DNA from: an uncultured Nitrososphaerales archaeon
Lineage (GTDB): Archaea; Thermoproteota; Nitrososphaeria; Nitrososphaerales; Nitrososphaeraceae
Length of the DNA stretch: 64,000 nucleotides
Reading direction: 5' to 3'
NCBI GenBank assembly: GCA_963841565.1
Contig: CAWJCY010000006.1
Location: 160,001 to 224,000 of the forward strand
The translations under genes were made by a program, and so were the position numbers. Under the pieces are notes generated by a model. The model ran no database searches. It was not told the origin of the DNA and saw only the letters and a list, made by a program, of their open reading frames with translations. Positions 54,339 to 64,000 of this stretch are shown one piece after another. Numbering within the stretch: position 1 is the stretch's first letter; every line of letters begins with the position of its first letter.

Positions 54339-54403
54339 CAGTATCATTTTTCTTCTATGACTTGACTGATGACTAATGAGAGAAATCTATTTATTTGTGA
54401 TTC

Positions 54404-54417
54404 TTAGGTTAGCCTAA
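54404..54417 (+). promoter_or_regulatory. DtxR-type operator at the ftr1 start
   Basis: TTAGGTTAGCCTAA, 3 nt before the ATG and downstream of a TATTTATT box. Confidence 0.8.
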
Positions 54418-54420
54418 TGG

Positions 54421-56832
54421 ATGAGTCTCAGTGGATGCTTAGCGAAATCGTATTTTTTGGCGTTTTTGACTCTTGCGACTTGTAATTTGATTATTTCTCC
54501 GTTGATTATTGATGATGGAACCGCACAACAATTAGCCCAAAACCAACAATCAACGGATCCACTTATAGTCTTCATCAATCTAGAAAGGATTGGAACTCAG
54601 CTTAACCTTACACAATACAGTTTGAATAGTGGTGACCTTGAATCTGCGTTTCAGCATGCCTATATACCTCATTCGGTTACCTTTCCAGTAATTAAACCCA
54701 TACTGAGCGAAGATGACCCAGCTTCTTCAAAAAGTCTCGAGGGTCTACTTACCGATCTTCCGATTAAGGTCCGTGCGTCAAACAGTCCAGAAGAGGCATA
54801 TTCCAATATTGAATCTGATGTTGCAACAATTAAAAGCCTACTGAACAAAATCGCGAACTCAACGGCTGGACTAAGCTCCCTTGAAGATAAGGGATTTGTC
54901 CTGCAGGCATCGGCTGTGCTTCTGGAAGACGCGATTCAATCATATAAAATAACTAACGCTTCATCTACTCAGGATTCCTCGAGCACATTTAATCTTCAGA
55001 ATTCGTTAGGGTTAGTAAACAGTTCACTTACAGATTTTGAAAGAGTAGCAGACTCCGTGGATGAGCGGAGACGAGAAGAAATTAGATCCTTCTATAATCA
55101 GATACAAGAAAGCATGAAAAATGATGCACCATTTGATACCGTTGCAAGTGTTGCTTCCGCAATTGAACGAGACTTTACAGAGGAACTAACTTTAAGTGGC
55201 GGCAGTGAAAGCGCATTAGAACAGGCAAAATACTTTTCTACTATTAGGGATCTACTTAACAGCACTATTACATCGGTGAATGATGGAGATTATAAAGGTG
55301 CAGATGCGACTGCAATCAAAGCATATCTAGATAACTTTGAATATCTTGAGGCACCTATCGAAAAACATGATTCTGATTTGATGTTAGACATCGAGACAGA
55401 GATGAGAGAAGAACTTCGTCAGATGATAAGGGAGGAACGTTCTCCACAAGAGATTAACGGTTTTATCACATCGATCTTAGGCAAATTGGATCAGGCTGAA
55501 GATTTGCTGAAAAACGATCCTGAATATCGTTCGAACTTGAATACAAATACAACAGCTAGCGGAGCTTCACTTGCTAATATCCAAGGATTGCGGCAAGGAT
55601 TCGGTACCTATACTGGAGAAATTCGGCAGATGGGAGAGGCAGATGATCCAGCAAAGGAATCTGTAAGAAACAACATAGACCAGATAAGATTGAAACTAAG
55701 TGAGATGCTTAGACTCTATGAGAATAAGAATTATGAAGGTTCACTTTTAGCCGCGCGATCCGCTTATTTAGATAGTTATGAGATCGTTGAAATTCCGTTA
55801 AGACCAATTGACCCTGATTTCACCCTTGAGATGGAGATTAGATTTGCTGAATTAAGAAACCTGCTTCAGCAGCAGGTACCACTACAGGAAGTCGAAGCAA
55901 AGACCATAGAAATTAGAAGAGGATTAGACGAATCAGAGAGGCTTGTGTCTGGTGTGGGAGTTGTGGCACCTGCAATTGCGTTCTCGACTTCCTTTTCAAT
56001 TATATTCAGAGAAGGTCTTGAATCAGCCTTAATAATAGGCGCCATTCTCACATATCTGCAAGCATCAAGAAATACTCGCTTCAAAAAGCATGTATACTAC
56101 GGGATTCTAATTGCAGTTGTTGCTACAGCTGCAACTTGGTTTGTGGCACAATATATAATTGAAATTTCTGGGGCGAACAGGGAACTGATAGAGGCTGTGG
56201 CTGGCCTATCGGCGGTAGCAGTTCTTTTCTGGGTGAGCTTCTGGGTACTAAACAAGATCGAAACTAAGAAATGGATCGAATTTGTTAAAGCAAAGGTCTG
56301 GAAGGCCACTACTACGGGTAGTGTAATTGTGTTTGTTGCTCTGGCATTTTTCACAGTCTATAGAGAAGGTTTTGAGACGGTCTTGTTCTACCAAGCTATG
56401 CTATCCTTCGCAAAGTACATGGAGCTGTACGTTATTGCGGGCATGTTCTTAGGACTAGCGGTGATTATTGGGGTAGCTATTTTAATCAATAGACTTGGCA
56501 GAAGATTACCCCTAAGGGTACTCTTTGCTTTAACCATGGGAATAGGAGCTTACATGTCGATAGCTTTCATGGGCAATGCGGTTAGAGAATTGCAAGAATT
56601 AGGAATAGTGTCTACTACTCCATTGGTCGGCGTAGTTCCAAGGTTGGATATTAACCTAGCAACCATGACAGGCATCCATCCCACACTAGAATCGATAATT
56701 GCTCAAGTTGTTCTCCTATCCATATACTTGATAGGCTCGCTTTATATACTAGTCCTGAAGCCCCGGAGACAGAAAGCTATCCAAAGTGCAAGAAAATCTA
56801 TGGCAGATCTACAAGAAAAGAAAGAGGGATAA
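54421..56832 (+). CDS. ftr1: Ftr1/EfeU-family iron permease with a large repeated extracellular region
   Basis: REGLE and REGFE motifs in the C-terminal membrane domain; N-terminal signal followed by helical repeats. Confidence 0.93.
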   Translation: MSLSGCLAKSYFLAFLTLATCNLIISPLIIDDGTAQQLAQNQQSTDPLIVFINLERIGTQLNLTQYSLNSGDLESAFQHAYIPHSVTFPVIKPILSEDDPASSKSLEGLLTDLPIKVRASNSPEEAYSNIESDVATIKSLLNKIANSTAGLSSLEDKGFVLQASAVLLEDAIQSYKITNASSTQDSSSTFNLQNSLGLVNSSLTDFERVADSVDERRREEIRSFYNQIQESMKNDAPFDTVASVASAIERDFTEELTLSGGSESALEQAKYFSTIRDLLNSTITSVNDGDYKGADATAIKAYLDNFEYLEAPIEKHDSDLMLDIETEMREELRQMIREERSPQEINGFITSILGKLDQAEDLLKNDPEYRSNLNTNTTASGASLANIQGLRQGFGTYTGEIRQMGEADDPAKESVRNNIDQIRLKLSEMLRLYENKNYEGSLLAARSAYLDSYEIVEIPLRPIDPDFTLEMEIRFAELRNLLQQQVPLQEVEAKTIEIRRGLDESERLVSGVGVVAPAIAFSTSFSIIFREGLESALIIGAILTYLQASRNTRFKKHVYYGILIAVVATAATWFVAQYIIEISGANRELIEAVAGLSAVAVLFWVSFWVLNKIETKKWIEFVKAKVWKATTTGSVIVFVALAFFTVYREGFETVLFYQAMLSFAKYMELYVIAGMFLGLAVIIGVAILINRLGRRLPLRVLFALTMGIGAYMSIAFMGNAVRELQELGIVSTTPLVGVVPRLDINLATMTGIHPTLESIIAQVVLLSIYLIGSLYILVLKPRRQKAIQSARKSMADLQEKKEG

Positions 56833-57125
56833 ACTCGTAATAGTCAGACATCAAGGCTTCCCAACTACAGGAAGAGCGAGTCAATTCACTAAATACAACC
56901 TATGGAGATTGCGCCTCAATTTGAGTACGGCAGTAAGTTTAGTTGCTATATATGATAGGAATACCTCATGCAGGGATGCTTTAAATACCAAACCTGTAAA
57001 ATCTTAACCGACCAAAATAAATCGTTTAATACAGTCATAATAGCAAGGTATATCTAGACCTACCACTTGCATCGATCAAAAATGATAAATTTACTTCTGA
57101 TAATTGATTTCATACTACCCTGCGA

Positions 57126-57473
57126 ATGATGAGATCTAAAACTAAGGAGAAAGGAAAGCATGCCCACTCTACACACTATCGGAGATTGGTGTGGGAGAAT
57201 ATAGTGTGGCCTCTCATCATTCAAGTGAATCGTCCTTATTTTACAATTGAAGAATATCAGTATAAAAGGAATGAATTTTGTAAAATTAATAATATCCCTG
57301 TATCCAAGCTATCTGGCGGATTAGTGTCATTGATTATAAAGGATATCCTGAAAAAGGATTATGAGCACAGAACTTGGATTTACTCAATTCATTATAGGCT
57401 CATTCCCTATATGCGCAAAAGAACGAAGCTTGAATATGGTCTAGCAGTTAGGGAATCATCTGGGAAGCGATAA
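57126..57473 (+). CDS. Hypothetical basic protein (wHTH-like)
   Basis: 115-aa ORF with GGLVSLIIKDIL...YSIHYRLIPY. Confidence 0.65.
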   Translation: MMRSKTKEKGKHAHSTHYRRLVWENIVWPLIIQVNRPYFTIEEYQYKRNEFCKINNIPVSKLSGGLVSLIIKDILKKDYEHRTWIYSIHYRLIPYMRKRTKLEYGLAVRESSGKR

Positions 57474-57986
57474 GCGGGAGATTCGGAAAGAATCGTTATT
57501 GTGTGGTTGCAATTTAATACTATGGACATTAATAAATGCAATGGATTTTCACTTTATTGTAAGTACTTAGCTACTACTTATGAAGTTCTAATTAAATAGG
57601 ACTGTACTGTGGAATAACCGAGAGCATTATCGGATTGTTATTTCATGGCATAAATTAAGATTTATTCAAGAAATGCAATTTGTCGATGTGAAATCTTGAA
57701 TTCCCAAGTCCATCCGCTTTCACATCACAGTTTCATTAGAAAGAAACAAATTCACTTAATGCGATCTCTTTCACCTTCGATCACATGTAGATGCCCAATA
57801 AAATTCGGAGCGGTTCTTGGTTTTGGTTTTGGGGTCCTATTGGTCCCTTATCTTATTCGGTTAACAACTTTGAACATATAGAGTTATGCAAGTACTTAGG
57901 TACTTCTATGAAAATATCGAGCACGTCTTTCAGTAGAATGAGTAGTTGGTGGCCATATCTTTAACTAGGATGCACTCGTATAAAAC

Positions 57987-58153
57987 ATGACCAAGAGGTG
58001 TACTCCACAGCCGGAACTCCTGAATCTCGACATGGACACAAGAAGATAGTTTGTAGTATTTGTGGGAAGGACTTTGAATCGGAAGAAACATTGAATATCC
58101 ACAAAAAAATGGAACATAACGAATCGAGCCATGCACCAGCCGGTGTAGCATAG
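57987..58153 (+). CDS. C2H2 zinc-finger microprotein; ATG at 57987 is out of frame by one base, in-frame GTG at 57998
   Basis: EVYSTAGTPESRHGHKKIVCSICGKDFESEETLNIHKKMEHNESSHAPAGVA. Confidence 0.75.
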
Positions 58154-58680
58154 ATTCTTCTCCATTTTTATTTTTCTTGATAGGATCTTCCTCCTTTCAA
58201 ATCTGTACTTCGACACCCTACAGTGCTCATGTTGAGGGAGACAGCTCTAGGAAATTAGTAAAATTTGAAATATGGACTCATTCAAATGATCATAGTATAC
58301 ATATGAAGAGCATTATTCAAATCAAGTTCAATTTATCTAACACTGATGTTAATGCAGAAATATACAAGAGAATGTTGAATAGATGACTTGAGTAGGTTCT
58401 CTGATATTCCTTTAATTGGCATGCATATGCGTCATTTTTGAAAATTTTGCTAAATTAACAATTGGCTGCCTCGTCGCGAGCTGGAGCCCAAACATAGGGA
58501 CGAGACTGGAATATAGGAGTCATTTGCAGGGTAACTTGACAATTTCGAATTGAGATCATACAGCCCCACTTACAGCGGGTACCATATATCGAATAGTCTT
58601 CCCAAGTAGTAGGAATTTATTCATCCAATGGGCTATCTTTCATGCTTTATCACTAGATAATCCTAAGGTCTTCACCTAAT

Positions 58681-59166
58681 CTATTCTAGTTCGTCATCAG
58701 CTGACACGTATAATTTGATTTGGAGATACCTTTCAAGCTTCTTTGCTAGCAACTCGTCTGGCTTCAAAGCCCCTGTCTCTACCTTCTTAAGGAGTGAGGC
58801 CTTTTCACTCATTCTTATGCCTAGCTGTTCGTGGGTAAACCCCTTTTTCATTCGTGCCTCTCGAATCATTCTCCCAAAATCTTGTGATAGAAACGTTTCG
58901 TCGGTTAGCTGGATTCTATTATTAGGATATGCTCGCTTTTTGACTACTGGCTGGTTTTTGGCAAGAGGTTGGCGAAATCTTGATTGTATCGAAGAATTTA
59001 ACGATGGCTTACTGGTTTTAGTAATTCCTGGATCGTAGGGCTTGCCCCGTCTAGAACACTGAGAACACACTCTAAATATTGTTCCTTCAATCACTACGGT
59101 CTTAAGATTCTCGTTAATCTGTCGCCCGCACACTTCGCAAAATGATGATGACGACGATGTTGGCAA
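58681..59166 (-). CDS. Archaeal multiprotein bridging factor aMBF1
   Basis: CEVCG...VCSQC zinc ribbon plus Cro-type HTH IREARMKKGFTHEQLG...KVETG. Confidence 0.92.
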   Translation of the reverse strand: MPTSSSSSFCEVCGRQINENLKTVVIEGTIFRVCSQCSRRGKPYDPGITKTSKPSLNSSIQSRFRQPLAKNQPVVKKRAYPNNRIQLTDETFLSQDFGRMIREARMKKGFTHEQLGIRMSEKASLLKKVETGALKPDELLAKKLERYLQIKLYVSADDELE

Positions 59167-59193
59167 CTTTAACAGCTCCTTAGATAATCCTGT

Positions 59194-60274
59194 TTAACCT
59201 TTCTTTAAAGTTTGCTGGACTGTCATATTGAGGACGATTTCTGCGATATCGCTTGAGTATTCTGCGACTCGTCGAAGGTTTTCTGTTATTATTTTTACTC
59301 GATAAATATCATTCATGTTCCTCAAATTGCTTAAACCATTCATGATTGACTTTTCTATATAGTCTATTTCTCGCGCCTTCTCGATTGCCTTGTCAGCTGA
59401 ATTATAATCCTGTTTAAACATAGACAAACAGGCTTCATCCAGTACACCCAAAGCAAAATTGCTCATTGAGGTAATCCTTTTCACGATATCTAAATTAACC
59501 GGTCGTTTAGAATCTATTAGCTCTTTAGCTATTAGCACTGCATGATCTGCTATTCTTTCTGCAAATTTAGTTATTAATCTATAACCCAAGCAGCTTCTAG
59601 AATCTTGTAAACCAATTTCACTAAGTAGATATTCGTTCTTAATTGCAATATTTAGCTGCCTAACTATGTAAAAGCTAAATCGGTCAACTTCATCATCTGA
59701 CTTAAGTACCTCTCTCAGCTAATTCTATATTGTTCTCCTTCATTGAAAGCATGACGTCAGCGTGCATCGACTTTGCAATAAGTATCATTCTCTTGAAAGC
59801 TGCGTCAACTGATAAATCAAGCAAATTGATTAGGACTTGCAATGTCATTCCACTGGCCGAGTCTGCAATAATCTCCGTCCCCATCAAAAGCCGTCGCACT
59901 AAATCCTTGATTACTTCTCGCTGATCACTAGTTAATCTGTTGTTTTCTTTTGGAAAAATGTGAATCATGTGATATCCAAGGAAATAAAGAGAAACCAATT
60001 TTCTAGCAAGATAGTATGGATTGTTCTCCTTTAGTACCTCTATAGTAGCTTCCCTCTGCTCCTTAATTGATCTACGCGAGGCAGGAGAGATCTGCAAGAA
60101 TGAGTTTCCTTGTCTAGAAATCAAGACGTGATCTCCCTGTTTGAGTCCTAACTCTTGGATCCATCTCTTAGGTAATGATACGATAAAAGATGACCCCCCA
60201 GTATATTGTATCTTTCTGGTCTCTTCCCGTTGATCAGAAGACTGCCTATTTTCCGTCGATGCCACCGCAGACAC
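59194..60274 (-). CDS. phoU: AbrB-PhoU phosphate uptake regulator, with a +1 frameshift near 59715
   Basis: RKIQYTGGSSFIVSLPK (AbrB); SDDEVDRF, ERIADHA and RRVAEY (PhoU repeats) across two frames. Confidence 0.88.
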
Positions 60275-60363
60275 TAGTTATGTTAACTATATATTTGTAT
60301 TTTTTCCTATATAGATCATTCAATCAAAAACATATTTATCCAAACATTCCAGTTAAAGCACTA

Positions 60364-60852
60364 TTGGATGCTATTTCTGTGGACCCTCAGGAGAAAATTC
60401 GTCATCATTTGAATGCATTATTCGGTGCATATTTTAATCTACCAAAATCAACTACCTTTAATTATTCAAGAAGGACTGGACGCATAAAGAGCTTCAGCTT
60501 CGACAATCAATTGGCTGGAACTTTAAGGACGGATGGTGGAATAGCTTTAACACTTTCAGGGGCTGAGAAATTGATGAAGGACCCGCTATTTAAAACAAAT
60601 TGTGTTATCCCGATTCAGGAGGCTGTTCCCTTCGTTAGCGAAGGTCGCTCCCTTTTCTGTAAACATGTAAAATGGTGTGGGTCTAATGTAAAAGTTGGGT
60701 CAGACGTTGTAGTTATAGATGATAACGAAAAGATTTTGGCGGTAGGACGTGCAAGAATTGCGTCGAATATGATGAAAGGGTTTGATGCCGGAGTTGCGGT
60801 AAGGGTTAGACAAGGAATAAAAAGCGGGACAAGTACAGAGGGATTTGTATGA
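60364..60852 (+). CDS. PUA-domain RNA-binding protein (archaeosine TGT C-terminal-like)
   Basis: SRRTGRIK, TLRTDG, FVSEGRSLFCKHV and GVAVRVRQG; the ORF-track extension to 60190 overlaps phoU. Confidence 0.8.
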   Translation: MDAISVDPQEKIRHHLNALFGAYFNLPKSTTFNYSRRTGRIKSFSFDNQLAGTLRTDGGIALTLSGAEKLMKDPLFKTNCVIPIQEAVPFVSEGRSLFCKHVKWCGSNVKVGSDVVVIDDNEKILAVGRARIASNMMKGFDAGVAVRVRQGIKSGTSTEGFV

Positions 60853-61187
60853 TGCGAGGCGGTAACCGCGAAATGAGACGCATGTTAGATAAGATGGGGC
60901 TAGAAATGAAAGAAATGGGCGAAATTGAAGAGGTCGTTATTCGAACAGAAACTAAAGAACTTTATCTTATTAAACCGCAAGTGGTTGAAATGAAAGGAAA
61001 GGATAGCACCATTTTTCAGGTAGTCGCAACAGATATTGAAGAAAGACAAAAGGAAGTTCCGTCATTCAGAGAGGAGGATGTTGTGCTGGTAATGCAACAA
61101 GCAAGTGTCAGCAAGGATAGAGCTATTCAAGCACTAACCGATTCAAAGGGCGATCTGGCTCAAGCAATAATCAATCTAACGACGTGA
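60849..61187 (+). CDS. nac: Nascent polypeptide-associated complex protein
   Basis: MRRMLDKMGL...EEVVIR; UBA-like EDVVLVMQQA...GDLAQAI. Confidence 0.93.
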   Translation: MMRGGNREMRRMLDKMGLEMKEMGEIEEVVIRTETKELYLIKPQVVEMKGKDSTIFQVVATDIEERQKEVPSFREEDVVLVMQQASVSKDRAIQALTDSKGDLAQAIINLTT

Positions 61188-61264
61188 CGATATCCTTAAT
61201 TATCATCAAGCGATGATTCTTTCAGCTAATAATAAGCTGGATCTCATAACTTTCTGTGTACCCT

Positions 61265-62697
61265 TTAGTATTCTAATAACTTTTTATTGATCAGGCTTAA
61301 CGCTCGTCCCGGATCAACTCTGCCCTTAGTGAGTTCCATCACCTTTCCGAGCAGATAGTTGGATACATTAGGATTTTTTTTTGCATCAAGTACTGCAAGG
61401 GACTCTGTCTCAAAGACATTTTCAATAGATCGCAATATTAGGCCCTCATCATCGATCTTTCTAAAATTCATTTCGTTTTCACTTGCAATGATTAGGTTGC
61501 CTGATACTACAGCTTCGTATAGGATTTGTTTACCAGTTTTTCTATTGACAATCCCTTCTTTTATCATTCGTGCTATTTCAGCTAATTGTTTGGGTGTCAT
61601 CTTTATGTTCCTTATTGTAGATCCAAGTTTCTTAGAATCGTCATCCGCATAGCTCATAAGATCAGTCACTATTATATTTGAGATTTCTTTGGGGGCAAAA
61701 TAGATCTTGGTCGACTCTTCAAAGTAATCTGCTAGATCTTTATGATCTATTAATACTTTGGAAACGTGCTCTGTGAGTTTATAATAATTGATGAACCGTT
61801 CTTTCCGTTCGTCTGGAAGTTCAGGCATTTTTGAGCGTAATTCCTTCAAATAATCCTCATCGATCTGAATTGATGGGATATCTGGCTCGTAGAAGTATCT
61901 GTAGTCTTGTTCCTCTTCCTTGCTCCTTGATTGCTTGGTTATTTTTCTTTGTTCATCCCAATGTCTGGTTTCACCTCTGATTTCCATTTCATAATTAAGC
62001 ATAGCTTTTTGCCTGGTCATTTCAAACTTGAGAGCCTTTTCGACGTCTCCAAAGGAAGATACGTTTTTTATTTCAACTCTTCTTGAATCGCCAATGGAAA
62101 TATTCGCGTCGCATCTAACAGCTCCTTCAAGCCTCGTATCACAAACTCCCAGGTGTTCAACTATCGATGCTAATTTATTTAGAAATAATCGAACATCTTT
62201 TGGATCATGAAAATCTGGCTCGGTCACGATCTCCACAAGGGGTATCCAGCCCTATTGTAGTCGATCAGCGAACCTGAACTACCATTCATATATGATAATC
62301 TGCCAGGGTCCTCTTCGAGTTGAACTCTCCGTATTCTAGCTTCCCCTTGTTCATATCCCAGCAACCCATCTACACCAATGCTGGAAATTCCATGGGCGTT
62401 ATATTGGGTCAGTTGGAAATTCTTAGGTAGATCCAGATAAAAATAATTTTTTCTGTAGAACAGTATACTATTTGGGATAGTACATCTTAAAGCCATGCAA
62501 ACCATTGCCGCTTTTTCTACTGCCGTCTGATTCAGCAGAGGCAAGGTGCCCGGAAGCCCGGTGCACGTCGGACAGATATTCTCATTGGGGCTGTATTCAC
62601 GATAGTCGCAATGGCAGGAACAAAATAGCTTGCTTTCTAAACCAGTTAGTTGACAATGGATTTCCAATCCAATTTTGGTACTGTATGTAGATATCAT
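61265..62697 (-). CDS. gatB: Asp/Glu-tRNA amidotransferase subunit B, with a 1-nt frameshift near 62245
   Basis: IGLEIHCQL, RKNYFY, DYNRAG/PLVEIVTEPD, RCDANIS and DYRYF motifs. Confidence 0.93.
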
Positions 62698-64000
62698 AAT
62701 GGAGTTCTCACCTGGATTTTGGCTGTTCTTTCGAAAAGTAAGGCTGCATCAAAAATCTTCTGTTCTTGAAATTCATCTGACATGATTTGGAGACCTATCG
62801 GGAGACCGTTGCTAAATCCAGCAGGGATCGAAATTGCAGGCATTCCTGTGAGATTGGAAACAACGGTGTCAATATCTGTGTAATAAATCTTAATGGGATC
62901 ACCTATCTTTTCACCTATTCTAAAGGGCAGTATAGGCATAGTAGGACCTATTATAACATCGTATTTGGAATACAATGACTTAAACTCTCGTCTTAACAGA
63001 GCTCTTACTTTTTGTGCCTTAAGATAATATCGTCCATAATACCCTGAAGAGAGAATATACGTACCGACGATAATTCGTCTTTTGACTTCATCGCCAAAGT
63101 TACCTCTTACTTTCGCAAAATATGAATTCCATTCGTATCCTTCCGGATCCAAATTGAATCCGTAGCGAATATTGTCATAGCGTGCGAGATTACTACTGGC
63201 TTCTGCCATAGCTATAACATAGTATGAAGCAAGAGCATATTCCAAAGAGTCTAGAGTTATTTCCTCGCAGATGCATCCTGCTGAAGAGAGTGTATCCATC
63301 GCAGAATAGATACACTTGGAAACTTCAGGCTGAGCATTGACGGTCAAATTGGTTAGTAAGGCTACTCGAAGACGATTCCTGGTTACTTCAACAGAATAGG
63401 GTGAAGCCACTGTGCGTGTGGTATCATCATTAGGATCAACTCCTGAAATTACGTTCATCAATCTGATAACATCTGAAACTGTTCGAGCAATTGGACCAAT
63501 TTGTTCCAGGCTATTTGAATAGGCTATTAAACCATATCTACTAACTGAACCATATGTGGGCTTGAATCCTATTACTGAACAAAAACTCGCAGGACATCTA
63601 ACTGAACCCCCAGTATCTGATCCTAATGACGCCGTGCACTCAGCTGCTGCCAACTGCAGCCGCACTACCACCCGATGACCCACCAGTGACATACTCTAGA
63701 TTCCACGGATTTCTTGTAGGGCCGAAATTGCTAAACTCTGTTGTTGAACCCATTGCAAACTCATCTAAATTCAATTTTCCGATAATGATTGCATCGCATT
63801 CTTTCAATTTTCGAATTACTGTCGCGTCATAGGGTGGGACATAATCTGTTAAAACCCTTGAAGCGCATGTAGTTCTTAATCCTTTAGTGCTTATGTTGTC
63901 CTTTATACCCACTGTAATACCTGCCAAATGGCCAACCTTCTCTCCCTTACGGATCTTGCTATCTATTCTCCGCGCAGATTCTATAGCGCCATCAGTATTC
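62694..64000 (-). CDS. gatA: Asp/Glu-tRNA amidotransferase subunit A; 5' end outside the window, frameshift near 63650
   Basis: [40 protein letters not shown] and FGDEVKRRI motifs. Confidence 0.93.

Noticed and set aside
60280-60315. CTATATA repeats upstream of phoU as a Pho-box-like operator
   Set aside because: Cannot be distinguished from TATA elements of the divergent promoters in AT-rich DNA.
62224-63692. Programmed ribosomal frameshifting in gatA, gatB or phoU
   Set aside because: No shared slippery heptamer or stimulatory structure, mixed +1 and -1 directions, and unrelated genes affected; sequencing error is simpler.
728-63832. Numerous 60-140 aa ORFs antisense to or nested in identified genes (for example 728-976, 6527-6841, 31819-32190, 46347-46688, 58715-59038)
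   Set aside because: Shadow ORFs of well-supported genes, with no motifs of their own.

Overview
AT-rich archaeal chromosomal window, most consistent with a soil ammonia-oxidising archaeon of the Nitrososphaeraceae. The basis is aIF-1A, aMBF1, NAC, GatA/B, RtcB, the futalosine menaquinone genes, class III PhaC, expanded small winged-helix regulators and BHB-intron tRNAs. Core genes alternate with two variable regions (about 7-10.5 kb and 33-50 kb) that hold gene remnants. Several genes, including essential gatA and gatB, carry single-base indels, so the assembly is probably error-prone and single-base oddities need caution. The strongest signal is an iron-homeostasis island at 48.4-56.8 kb. 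It contains a DtxR-family regulator, an Ftr1 permease with repeated extracellular domains, a stand-alone secreted copy of that domain and a ferritin/DpsL-like protein. Five promoters there carry TTAG-N6-CTAA palindromes, three as perfect tandem pairs directly after a TATA box. These boxes point to unannotated regulon members: a 61-aa/86-aa gene pair, a second regulator, and a promoter with no long ORF that may drive a structured sRNA or a Trp-rich micropeptide. Other notable items are a two-intron tRNA-Gly next to rtcB, a possible AUA start on aIF-1A, a proteasome-beta-like gene beside a transposase remnant, a TFB-like orphan and two C2H2 zinc-finger microproteins missed by the ORF track. All calls come from motif recognition by eye; no searches were run.
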